From positions 6,424,124-6,488,123 of the forward strand of contig MU061579.1 in assembly GCA_013265495.1 (NCBI GenBank): 64,000 nt of DNA, given 5' to 3'. The notes below the pieces were generated by a model, which was not told the DNA's origin, made no database searches, and worked only from the letters and a program-made list of their open reading frames with translations. Position 1 is the first letter of the stretch; each line of letters starts with the position of its first letter. The DNA comes from Vicugna vicugna. Lineage: Eukaryota. The translations under genes were made by a program, and so were the position numbers. Of the stretch, positions 13,764 to 26,555 are shown piece by piece.

Positions 13764-14316
13764 GGTAAGGGAGGAAATATAATTTTCCCTCTACCCTTTT
13801 GAGTTCCTGGTACAGACCTCCACAATAAAAGGCAAATTAACATGATGAAAACAAACAGCAGTTTATTACATGCGCACCTCACTTACATGAGATACCAGGG
13901 GAAAATGAGTAACTCAAAGAGGAGGCTTAGAATTTAGGCTTAAATACCATCTTATGGGGAAGAGGGAGGGGCACATAAGCCTCATAGAGGAGAGTAAGTA
14001 ACTTTTAGGAAAGATGAATGAGTCCTTAGAAGAACAGATGAGAGATACGATAGTTTGTGACAAAGGTCGTCTGGGTGTGGTGTCAAATTCTAGCGTCTTC
14101 ACCTGGGGTAAGAGTTCATTTCCCCTGGCTGATGATACTCCCAGGGAAGGAATCTATGACAATTGAGATCCTTTTGGAGGATCTGTCTTTAGGCAGATAA
14201 GGAGAGTTAAGAGAAAACTTCTCCTTGCCTTTGATATATTCCAAATGCCTACAGCTCAAAATAACCAAACACATTAAAGTGGCATATTTGGGGGTGGTAG
14301 ATTCTGCCAGCCTACA
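13764..14316 (-). mobile_element. MER34-like ERV1 solo LTR
   Basis: Minus strand begins TGTAGGCTGGCAGAATCTACCACCCCCAAATATGCCACTTT..TTATTTTGAGCTG; flanks CACC/CAGC are a possible 4-bp TSD. Confidence 0.8.
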
Positions 14317-17300
14317 CAGCAAACACAAGTACTTACTATTCAACAAGTAGATACTGCAGTTTCCTCTCCCTTTGCTGTTTTTTGTTCTGTTCCTTTTGAT
14401 GTCACCCATACGTTTCCTTCAAGGCCCAGTTCTCAAATGTCACATTATCCAGGAAGGAGGGTCTGTCTTTCTACCCCTCACTTTAGCCAGCTATGACCAC
14501 GCCTGTCAATTTATCCTTATCTAGTTACTGCCTACTACCAGCAAAATCACTTTTGTCTTAGTGTTGGTGGAAAACTGATTCATTACTTTCCTTCATAAAA
14601 AATAGTGTATATGCATGAAAATCATATATAATAAGAAAATCAAAATTACAGTCTAAGACTCAACTGTAAATTTCTGCCTTTTCTATGTCAGTTCTGCTCA
14701 AGGAAATTTGGATTTCCCAGATAACAAAAATTATACAGATTAAAAATAGCTCATTCAAATAAACAAAACCTAGGAAAATGGAATTAATTTTTTCTCTTTG
14801 TGCATTTGCTACATTAGACTGTCTTTATATATTTTTGATTGAGCAAATAAGTACGTATCTTTACTCAAAACTATGTGATGCACCTGTGGTCAAACATTCA
14901 ACAGGATTCACCTCAGAAAAATACAGATAATTGGAGTATATTCTATTATACTTATATTTTATGAGCACCTTGTAAATAAATATAAAGTAGTCACACAGAC
15001 TACAAATCACACCTTCACATTTAGTAACACAAAGGATAATCACATATTGTTATGCTGAAAATGTCTTGAGGCAATTTAGAAGCAGAGTTTATTAACATAA
15101 TAGATTTTCTTCATTTTGTATTAATTGGATTCCTTAGTTTTTGAATACCTCTGCTTTTATCCTTTTATACAATAGTCTGGTGAAGTAGGTGAGGTATTAT
15201 TAAATACCTATTAAAAATGAGAAAATGCAAGTCTAAACTTGTCAAAATTCTCTTATGTCAGCATTAAAATGAACACAATGTCCCTGCTGTTAAGTGTCTT
15301 ATTCAAACCACTTGACTAACAGTCTCAATTAGCATATATTCTCATAAATGGTAGCCATAGTGTGGTCATTTTTATGTCACTGTGTTTCTCTTAGGTGACA
15401 GGATCTGTTCAAAGACCAAAAAGAATATTGATTTCAAAGTTTCAGAGATTTGAAAACTGAAAAGTTCTTTGAGTTAAAAATTGAATTTAACAAGCAGTAA
15501 ATATCTCAATTTTTAACTTTTAATTCAACTTCCAATCTTCAAATCAGTTTTACATTAGCAAATATATTGTATTAATTTAAAGGATTTTAACAATATTTTT
15601 TAAACTTTTGAAAGATAATTTTTGCTTTATTTTAATGATTTTGTCTTTGAGTTGTTCTGAAACAGTAGACGAGGAGAAGGGTTAAAAAATGAGGTTCTCC
15701 TTTTGTTGTATCAGAAAGGGGATTCTATTATGAAATGTCAGATTAACTTGCCTTAACAGTGACCATTTGCATCTATCCTCAAACCATTTCTAGTATCATT
15801 GACGTAAGAATTAGAATTCTAGCTTTATTCCCAGTGTAAATGTTTTGACTTAATTTTTAAGCAAATATTTTGTATTTCATTTATAAAGGTTATATGAGAG
15901 TTTGTTAGGCATAGTAAGAAATAAAATAAAATTAGTTTTGCCTTGGTCCATAGTCAATTTTCCAAAAGGAAATTTTCTCTGGTTTTCCAGAACCCTCTTA
16001 AAACCAACATTCATTGATATTGATACTAGTTAAAACTGTCATTAAGACTATACACAGTCTTTGGGTAGACAAATTTATGGGATTTTGTTCATGGATTCTT
16101 AAAAATAAATATTAGTTAACTGTAATCAAGATTTCTGGAAATTGAGGATGGTTTATAAGTCTGAATGGAATGAGTTCTGAATACCAAATAGCATTCATGT
16201 ATCCTCTATGCATCTGAATATGAGATATATGGTGTAGAAAAAAAATTTTTGTGTTCCTGTATTGTTATAGAATTCATTTTTATTAAAATTTTTTCTTAAA
16301 ATTTGGGTTCTGTATTAAAAGCAAGCCCTAGAAAGTACTTTACAACAATATAGACAGTGCAAACTCATAAGAGAATTACTAATTCTTGGAGCTATATATT
16401 TACATTTCAAGGGATGATGTCTAGGAGCTTGGAGACATCTTTGAGTTGCAAAGCTAAAATATTGGGATTATCTGGCCTTTTCAGAAATTTACTTATATTT
16501 CAAAATATTAAAATGAGAATTCAAGATCCTTTCCATATGTTCCCTGAGAAACAAAAGTTTTTCAACTTTTATTTTAGTAGAGAAGGGGAAATAGCCTCCT
16601 ATCTCTTCTATACAAATATCCAGGTTTATTCTTTTCAACACTTCTGTATGCATAGGACATTTAACTTTATTGCACTTCCACAGGGGTAAGAATTGTGAGG
16701 TGGGAAACCACATGATTATTATTTGCTTTAAAGTGAATAACAATCATCTGTCCCTGACTGAAAAATTTTGTGCCTGCATTCAAGATAAAATTAAAAGATG
16801 ACCACCTAAATGAGATATAACTTTAGATATACATTATATGCATTTGCATATCAATTAAAATCCATAAACAGACATTTCCCATGGGAGAAACTCTGAGTAG
16901 AGGGGAGATCAGAGGGAAGGTATTAAATCTACTATTATTTTTTACTATAATGTATATATCAACACTTGACCAATATTGCCTTCTTCTCCATGTTACCAGA
17001 AGATTTTCCACTATAATACTCATCAGATCCTGTATCTATATGACATAATGATATTTTGATATATTAATCAAATTTTTTTGCTCTGGTAATTTATTTTGGC
17101 CCCATGGCCTTCCTTCATCAATCTGTGTCCTCAATGTCAAATAAGAATGCTGAGAAAAACCAATGAAAGAGTTAGTGAAAAAAAATGGGGAGGTGGTGGT
17201 TGAGGGGGTTGTTAAAATTTTTTGATACTTTTGAGTATCAGAATCTAAGTCTGTAAGGATCTAAGACCAGAAAGCCTAAAACCGTAAACAACAGATCTGG

Positions 17301-20039
17301 GAGACTACTTAGGAGAGAATCACTTTTCCCATCAATTCTTCCCTTCATTTAAATAGACAGATTATTATCTCTGGGCTAAAACTGAGAATTGGTGGAGAAG
17401 CAAGACCTTAGAATATCCTCTGTCCTTGATAAGAGTCTCCTTTAATGGGCTAGTTTTAGGGTAATAGAACTCCAGATAGGTTACAAACTTGACCACAGAG
17501 AAGGCTTGTATTTCCCTCTCCTGGGTGGAACTGAGAAGTCAGCCAAACTCATAGTAGAATTGTGGAAATGTCCTCAAGTACGGTGCCATGGTAGACTTAG
17601 AGCCTCCACCCATTCTTGAGCAGTCACAGGAACATGCTATATACTAAGTGAGAATAAAGAGCATCTTGAACAAAGAGCCAAAGATTAAATGGCCCTGAGG
17701 TAGGGTCAAGGAGGATGCATTAACAAGCTGCCTCCACCAACCACCAAGACTAGGTGGGACAGAGTGCCTCACTGGGTGACAACGTGGAAAGATGACAAGC
17801 AAGGACCCATTACATGATACCGTGGCCCTGAGTATATCTCTCATCTTCTCACTGCTAACTTACACACAATTCTAGGAAGAGACAAGGAAAACTAAAAAGG
17901 AGGTTAATCAAAATCAACCAAAATTAACAGCATTGGCCAAGACTTCATTTCTGCCCCTAATAAAATGAGGGCTCAAGGTAGAAAGTAAATTGTATAACAG
18001 AAAATTGATAAAGTCTTTTGTTATTACTCTTCTTTTCACCACAGTGAGCTTATGACATGAATATAAGACCACAACTTTTGCACAATTATGTCTTCCCCAT
18101 CAGACAACAATCTCTTCCTAAGAAAGACTTACTCACTGTTTGCTCTTCTTGTCTTTTCCTCCCTGGAATCCTATTCTTAATAACTAAAAAAGACACTGGT
18201 GCAGGGAGATTGAGAATTGAGAAATTAGTTGTTAGGAGGTAATACACGTTTATGAACAACATCTCTTTTCTGTCATAATGTTCTACAAAACTTAAGTTTT
18301 GTTTTGTCTTCACATTGCTCAAAATATGTAGTGTTAACCTGACCCTTCATCATGCAATTTCTGCTTAAAATTCTTAATGGCAATAACATCAGAAGCTGCT
18401 CTCCAATGAAAACAATTTTTTTCTCTTCAGGAACTATTTCTAGAGTCAATATTGTTCAGTTCCCTTATTCACTGTGGTGAAAAGAAACTCAGAAATGTGT
18501 GTTTTCTGTAATTTTTCCTTCCTGTTTCAACTTATATTGGAATACTGGGACATTCAAAAAGTTCCTTTTAACTACAACGTGTCAATGTTTTGGCCTCTTG
18601 CAAGAATAGATTTCTCTTGGGCCTTTTTAGGAAGTAGCAATGATTCTCCAAGTGAGATCAACTTGGATGCTGATTAAATGTGCGGTATGTTGTGTGGGCA
18701 CGTGGAGAGAGGGGAGGTGCCTGCACGTGCCCATAAAATAAGATACAGGCTACATGGCAACAGAATCCTTTGAAAAATGGGAGAAAATTAATGACTTTGA
18801 AACACTGAGTCATTTCACACATATAATATAAATTTCCATATGCTGCATGGTAGTACTTGTTGAAATTTTGTTGAATACACTTCCCTCACAATATTTCTCA
18901 ATTGCCAGAAATTTACATCAGAACTAGGAGGGGAAATAGAGAAAAATAATTACTTTTCCCATGAAATCAAATGCAGGGAACATTCTTTTGCTTTTGGAAG
19001 GAATATTAGCCATTTCTGGCTCATTATAGCTAATAAGTAGGAGTGTGAATATCAATTGATTGAAAATCAGTGAAGCAAAAATGGTGCATGTAAATCAGTA
19101 CTATTGAATCAGTCAAAGCTATTCACATCTCAACCAGCATCAAAGAACAGTGTTAGAAATGGTCCAATGTGAAGAAGGACAAATTCAGAGTCCTCCTTTC
19201 TCAGGGCCAAATCATGATGAACAATTTTTATCCCCCATAATGGAATTTTAGGGTCCGATTAGGGGACCAAGTCACAAAAGGGTCTTTGAGGTAGACATAT
19301 GATGTACTGAGTACCTTATCTACAACAAAATCTAGGTCATCCATGCTATAAGAACTTACTCTTAGACTAATACAAAGGGTCCCTTATGTCATTAGGAATG
19401 GTTCTAGCAAAGAGTTATTTAATGGGCGATATTCTTTTGCACCTGATGAAGGAGAAGAAAATAATGAATGTTATTGTAAAGAGGTTTTTTTTAAAAGGCA
19501 TTTACATTATTTTTTTAGATCTAATTATGCTGTTAGCCAGTGTAGACCAACCTACTTTCCAGATTATCATACCTAAATAGTCTGATCATAATTCTTCTGA
19601 AACTTTTCCTGAACGATTCATTTGGTCCTTGAAACATAGCAGGCCTTTCCTTGCACCATCTCAAGACCAGTTTAAACACCTATTCCAGGTATTTGCTGAG
19701 GTTCCACCTTTGGTCCTCTCCACAAAATACTTCCTGCTGTTGGCGCTTTAAACACGTATCCCAGGAGATCAACAAAGAAAACTCTGAATTTTCTAATAAG
19801 TATGGACATTTTCTTGTAGATCACTGGGTTTCAAATTGTGCTTTTTGGAGTCCTAACATTCTTTTTTTTTAAATATATTTTTATTGATATTACCTGCTAA
19901 GAATTCTGATTAAGTGAATAATATGGTCAGTTGTATTCTGGCTCAATTAAGTTTATTATCATTCACAAAATATTTATTGAGATTATAATGACAGATATTT
20001 CATTACAGACACTTCAGGTTTAAATCACTTTGGTTATGC

Positions 20040-20900
20040 TCATGATTACAACTTGATTGGGTGTAGAATTCTTGGATCACAAATGTTTTCCTCCGTTATT
20101 CTTTAGACTGTGAGACATTTCTTTCTTGAATCTAGCATTGGTGAAAAGTATACAATCAAGTAGATTATTACATCTCTTTTATCTACCTGGATGCAGGGTT
20201 TTCCCTCATATCACTGAAATAACAAATAGAGATAGAAAGACAGGACAGGTCTAGATGTTAGAGTCTTTTATTGATTTTTCTTTGTACTTGGTGAGAGTTT
20301 TGATCTGTAGACCAGGATATCTTGACTTTGAAAATGGCTTCTGTTAAACTGCTCTGGTTTTTCCTTTGGGCATACCTATCATCCATGAAATGTATATTCC
20401 TCTTCCCCATTGCTCTTAGAATTCTCACAGCTTTCTCCTTTATTTCTGCATCAATATAAAGCTTCTCAGCACTACTTAGTTCATCACTGAGTTGGATTCC
20501 TAGTGCACCACTTTGCTCTTTATTGCAAGATTTTACTTCTTGAAACTGTACTTTTACTTACTTCTTTTCCTTTATTTCCTTTACATTGTATCCTTTCCCA
20601 TCTCTACCTCTTTCCATTTCTTCTCATGTTTTGTTAGTTTGTGGTCCATGTTTATTTCAAATATTTTCTAAATTTTTCTTTGGTTTTTTTAATAACATAT
20701 TCTTTTTCAAAGGAATGTCTTTTCTTTGCATATGTCAAACTATGCTCCCCTTTTGGATATTTGCAGTTAATTACTTGCAGACCTATGCGAGATTTTGTTC
20801 ATTTAAAAATGTTTAAAGGAAAAGAAAGACCAATTCTCATCCAGTGTTTGGAAACTGGGCACACAGAATATCCCAAACACCTCCACTATTCACTTACTTC
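20040..20900 (-). mobile_element. Decayed L1 ORF1/HAL1 fragment
   Basis: TTGATTGGGTGTAGAATTCTTGGATCAC..TTTCTTGAATCTAGCATTG, T-rich antisense ORF1-like tract. Confidence 0.5.
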
Positions 20901-21119
20901 TAGCAGAATCTATCCCCCAAACTTCCACCTTTGAAACCTATGTCAGTGTAGTTGCACATTTCTGAGCCAAGTTACCGATGGAGACCAATCTTCTTTATAG
21001 TCAGGATATAAACCATACTAGAAAATTAGACAAAGAGTGTTTTCCTCTCTGTAAAAGTACAACATCAAACACCAGTTTTAAGTAAATGATGAGTGTTATA
21101 TGGAGGTTATAAGATACTA

Positions 21120-21290
21120 ATTATTTGTTATTGGATCAATTACTTAACCTTCCCACATCACTTTTTTTTTTCTAAAATGGGGATAATAATCCTTATCTTA
21201 AAGGCTGGTCGAGTGAATCAAATGAGTTCATATTTGTAAGGCATTTATCACCAAGTCTGATGTGGAATATGCATTAAACATCATTAGATT
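21120..21290 (+). mobile_element. MIR SINE
   Basis: CAATTACTTAACCT..CTAAAATGGGGATAATAAT..AAATGAGTTCATATTTGTAAGGC. Confidence 0.7.
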
Positions 21291-24200
21291 TTTTTATTAT
21301 GCATCTGATTTTATAACATTTAGTTATGTAACTTCCACAAAGTTCTTTGATTTCAATGCAAACTCCCTTTCAAATTTTATAATTATAAAGAGATCTACCT
21401 TAAATCTAGTTGGATATAAATATAACATTCTTATTCTGAACATTCTCAACATTCTTGCTGCATCCATTTCACATGCAAAACTACTACTGATGGTAAAAAT
21501 GGAAAATGCAAGTGATATTTACATAATAAGCTCAGAGCATAAAAGCAAGTTAAAATATATGAAGTTATTTGGAAGAATTTAATAACATATTTTCATATGT
21601 TTGTTCAAAATATAGATTTTCTACATAAACTGAAGACAAGAGAAAGTGTGCATGTATCCATGTTCACCGAAAAAATCTGCTGCATAGGAGATCAGGTCTG
21701 ATGTTACATATTCACATTCAGAGTGACACATTCTACTAATGTAAAGTCCAATTTAGTTGTTAGGTTATAAGTCATATCTGCATTTATTCTGCAGCAGGTG
21801 AAATGGGGTTTTAACGGCATATTGAATTGTATTGTAAATCTTCCAGTGGGATTACAATTAATTCATAATATTTGTTGATTTAGCAGTATGGCTGAGCATG
21901 TTTGTGTTTCACTCCAGTTTTGCGGGATAAGTCTGCACATAAATTTAAACTCCAGTGACTTAAGAGACTTCTTAGCTAGAGAAGGTTCTTATAGAATACA
22001 CAATGAAAGTTTCTCATGACAATGAGAGGAGTATCCGGCTAGTCCAATTTTATTCCATTCTAAGACAGAATCATGGGGAAGTAAAGCCTATTCTCTATTT
22101 TAACTTTGGTTTCACTTGTGATTCCAACTCATCTGCTACATATCAACAAAATTGGAGGATCTATTCTCCACTCAAAGAAAAAACATAGTCAAACTCAAAT
22201 ATGTGTATTAAATAAAAGAATTGTTTTGATGCTCTTTGGGCAGATCATTTCAGAACCCACTTCTACTTGCTTCACCCTGGAGAGCTGTTCAGAGCAGCTT
22301 TACAAACTCATGGGTTTCTTAATTGAAAATGGGCCAGAAAAAAATCACTAATGATTATTTTCCACCTACAATTTTATTTCTCTGGAGTAATTTCAGGTAG
22401 CATTTATCCAATATCTACACAGAAAAATTTATGTACTCTGTAATAATACACATACTTATATATACTATTTTGTTATTAAAAAACTCGGAGAAAGATTGTA
22501 TGCCATTGATAGACATGGAAATATAGGTGTCTCATTATTTGTTTCTTTAAGCAGCTCCTAAAGTTTTCAGATTCTACTTTTGATAATTTAATTTCCCTTT
22601 ATAAGCAACTTGTACCAGTTTAACTCAAGTAATACACTGTTTTAACCCATTAAATTATTGAGTGGCCATATACTTTTTATTTCTAAATTTCTCTTACTCT
22701 TTTTTCAGCATTGTAAAGCTAAAAAGAAGATACATTTTAATTAAGACCTGATGAATTGCAACCCAGGACTGAAGTGTATGTGTCCAGATTATGACCCATC
22801 AACTACAAAGGGCACCAATCATGTTGTAAACTATGTACAACACAAGTGGTAGCCTGACAGTTTCACTTCGTTATACTTTTAACAGTAATACTGACTATCT
22901 GGAAGATGGGGAGCTCTCTCTGTTACCTTCTCCATAGGATCTGGAGTATACATTCTCTATCTTTTGGTCTGCGATTGTAGTGTGCTACTCAAATGCTCTT
23001 TGGCATAACTCCAGGACATGTTCTTAATTCTTTGAAAAAGGCAGCTAAATTTAGAGTCCAATGTAAGTAGAAACTCTTAATGTCAAAAAATTTCTTAGAT
23101 TGATTGCCAATATTCAATTGAGAGATATCCCTTTAGTTGCAGAGTCAGTGTCAGAAAAGGGATGGAGGAGGGGCTTCAGAAACAATGGAGCACAGAGCAG
23201 TGAGTCTTAGCACACAGCACTGATAATGGTACTATTAATGAAAAAAGAATAACAACCGTGGGTACCTAGAATATGCACGAAAAACTCACAGCAAAGGAAA
23301 TAATATAAATCTGTATTCCAAGTAACAAAACCAAGTGGGAGCTGAGTCAAAAACTGATATCTTAAAAAAAATTAAAAACAAAACTGAGATTGTCACTTAC
23401 CTCCCAAGAAAATATAATAATCTTATATGCATGTGAACCAAACAGCAGCACTTCAAAATATGTGAAGCAAAAACTGACAAAACTGAAAGGAAAAACAGTC
23501 AAATCTGCAAGTATAGTGGGAGATGTCTACATCTCTCTCTCAACAATTGATAGAACAAGGTAAGAAATCAACAAGTATGTATAAGAACTTATCAACATCA
23601 TCAGCTAACATCAACTAACACACATTTATAGAATACCTACTCAACAATTGCAGAATATACATTTTTTTGAGAACGCATGAAATGTATACTATGAGAGATC
23701 ATATCATAGGTAATAAAATTTTTAACTCAATAAATTTAAAAGAATTGAAATCATATAGAATGTGGTCTCTGTCTACAATGAACTCAAACTACTTACTATT
23801 AACAGAAGATAACAAGAAAAAAATCTATAAATATTTGGAAACTAAACAACACACTTATAAACAATTCATCAGTGAAAAGAGGACTTGTTAGGGGAAACCA
23901 CAAAATACATCAAACTGAATGAAAGAAGAAACTAAAACATACTAAAAATTATAGTATAAAGCAGTGTTGAGAAATTTATAGCACTAAATGCTTACATTAG
24001 AAAAGTGGGAAGTACAAAATCCATAATCTAAGCTTTCCTCTCAAGAAGCTAGGAAAAGAACAAAATAAATCTAAAAGAAGCAAAAGAAACAGAATAATAA
24101 AGAGATAAAAATCAATGAAAATGAAAAGAGAAAATCAATGAAACAAAATGTTATTTCTTTGAAAAGATTATTAAAATTGACAAACCTCTAAATTAAGAAT

Positions 24201-24480
24201 GAAAAATAGAACAGAACGACAGACTCCAAACATCAAAGCTATAATAAAGAAATACCTTAAACAATTCTACAAACATACGTTCACAGCATAAATAAAATTA
24301 AACAATTCCTTTAAAAGCACAAGCTACCACAACTCTCCCTATATGAAATAGGTCATTTGAGTAGCTCTATACTTATTAAAGAAATTAAAATTTTAATTTA
24401 AAACTCCCCTCAAAAGAAATGTACAGGGCCAGATGATTTTACTAGATAATTTTATCAAACATTTAAGGAAGATTTAACAC

Positions 24481-26249
24481 TGTTTGACTTCAGCTTGAAC
24501 TACTATAACAAATACACTAGACTATGTCACTTAATCAGTAAACATTTATTTCTCACAGTTCTGGAGGTTGAAAGTCTCTTCTTAGACAAGCACTATTCCC
24601 ACCACAAAGCTTCTACCATCATGATCTAATTACTTAACAAAGGCCCCATCCAAATACCATCACACTGGGGATTAAGGTTTCAACATATGAATTTTGAGGG
24701 AACATAAGCCTGCATCCCATGACATTCTGTCCTCCACCCCATTCATGTTCTTCTCTTATGCAAACTACATTCATTCCATCCCAATAGTTCTCAAGGTCTT
24801 AACTTATTCCATCATCAACTCTAAGACCTAAAGTCCAAATTTTTCTCTAAATAATATCTAGATCAGATACAAGTAAGACTTGAAGTATGATTCATTTTGA
24901 GGCAAAACTTCTTTCTGGCTATGAATCTATGCAACCATACAAGTTATGCATTTCCAAAATACAATGGTAGGGCAGGCATAGGATAGACATTCCCATTCCA
25001 AAAGGGAAAAACAGGTAGAAATAGGGTGGCAGGTGCCAGGCAAATCGAAAACCTAGGCAAGATAAACTTAACGAGATTTTAGCTTGGAGAATAGTCATCT
25101 TTGGCTAGATGCTGTGCCTCCTGGACCCACTAGAGTAGAGATCCTGACATATGACCCACCAGGGTTGTAGCCTTGCTCCTACAGCTCTGCCAAACAAAGG
25201 GGTCCACCCCCAGGAATCTATCTGGTGGGGAGTATAATCCCCAAGGTTCAGGGTGGCCCTACCACCACAGCTCTGGACAGTCTCACTCCCAAGACTATGG
25301 GCAGAGACCATCTGGTCTGCTGAAACTTAGGCGATGTCCCCCTGCTACCCGCATTTTTAAAACCAAGGAGGCAGCCATGATAGTCTTTGAATTTCCTACA
25401 GGATCACTCTTCCCTTGTTTTGAAGAATAGTGCATGTTCAAAGCTGAATAGCTCAAGAGTCAATCCTGTAAAATTCAAAAAGACTAACAGATTTCCTTCA
25501 TTAAATCATATTTTCTCTATTTCTTTTAGTTTAAACTGGTAGTGTCTTTGCTGGTATAATACCATTTCTGTTCCCATCCTCGGCTGGGATAGCTGATTAG
25601 GTCCACGGTTTACATCATACTAATTTCCTTATCAAATGGTTGATCAGCCATACCCTTGGTGTTCTCTTGCAAATATGCTTTCCCATTTTTTTATAATATG
25701 AATAGCCTGAGAATTGTCCAAATCTTAAAATTCTGGTTCCTTTCTTGCTTAACAATTCTGTCCTTAGTTCATTTAACATGTTTCTCATTTCCATCTGAGA
25801 CTTCATCAGAATGGACTTTATCATCCAAATTTCTACCACCATTCTGTACATAATCATTTATGTATTCTATAAGAAGATAGAGGCTTTCTCTCCAGCTCTC
25901 TTCATTTCTTTCTGAGATTTCACCAGAAGCATCATTAAAAATCTCTTCACAGCAATATTGGGCTTTCCTAGCATGTACCTCAAAATTCTTTCAGCCTCTA
26001 TCTGTTACCCAATTTCAAAGCTGCTTCCACATTTTAAGTATTTGTTACAGCAGCACCCCACTTCTCAGTGCCAATATCTGTCTTAATTACTATAGCAAAC
26101 AATATCGATTCAGTGACTTAAAAAACAAGCATTTTTCACAGTTCTGGAGGCTGGAAGTCAGAGAATAGGGTGCCAACACAGTCAAAATCTGGTGAGATCG
26201 CTCTTCCTGGTTTACAGATAACTACTTTGTTGCTGTATCCTCATATGGC

Positions 26250-26280
<31 letters not shown>

Positions 26281-26555
26281 GAAAGAGAAAGAGAAAGAGA
26301 AAGAGAAAGAGAAAGAAAAGAGAAAGAGAAAGAAGAGAAAGAGAGAGAAAGAGAAAAAGAATGCACATACAAGTTAGCTAAGCTAGCCAGCTAGTTTCCT
26401 TGTGTATCTTCTTACTAGGGCATTGATCACATCATGAGAATTCTACCTTCATATTCTAAGTACATCCCAAAAGACTCATCTCTAAATATCAACACACTGG
26501 AGATTAGGGTTTCACCATGTGAAGTTAGGGAACCACAAACATGCAGTCCACAGCA
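24481..26555 (-). mobile_element. Two-LTR MLT1A-type MaLR provirus (LTR 26079-26555, internal 24725-26078, shortened LTR 24481-24724)
   Basis: Both LTRs share TCACAGTTCTGGAGG and CACACTGG..GATTA.GGTTTCA; internal region starts GATATTGGCACTGAGAAGTGGGGTGCTGC on the minus strand; purine tract before the 3' LTR; 5-bp TSD AACAC (24476-24480) / AATAC (26556-26560). Confidence 0.9.
26251..26360. repeat. (GAGAAA)n purine microsatellite within the MLT1 LTR
   Basis: About 110 bp of pure A/G hexamer repeat; source of the ERER.. ORF. Confidence 0.95.

Noticed and set aside
17130..18050. GC-richer block (similar case at ~54070-54800)
   Set aside because: Probably ancient LTR or L1 5' relics, but I cannot assign a family or function.
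22685..22790. Strong plus-strand polypyrimidine tract plus CAG
   Set aside because: Weak donor, no partner exons; such sites are common by chance in AT-rich DNA.
26170..26394. ORF with ERERER../KEKE run
   Set aside because: Translation of the (GAGAAA)n microsatellite inside an MLT1 LTR.
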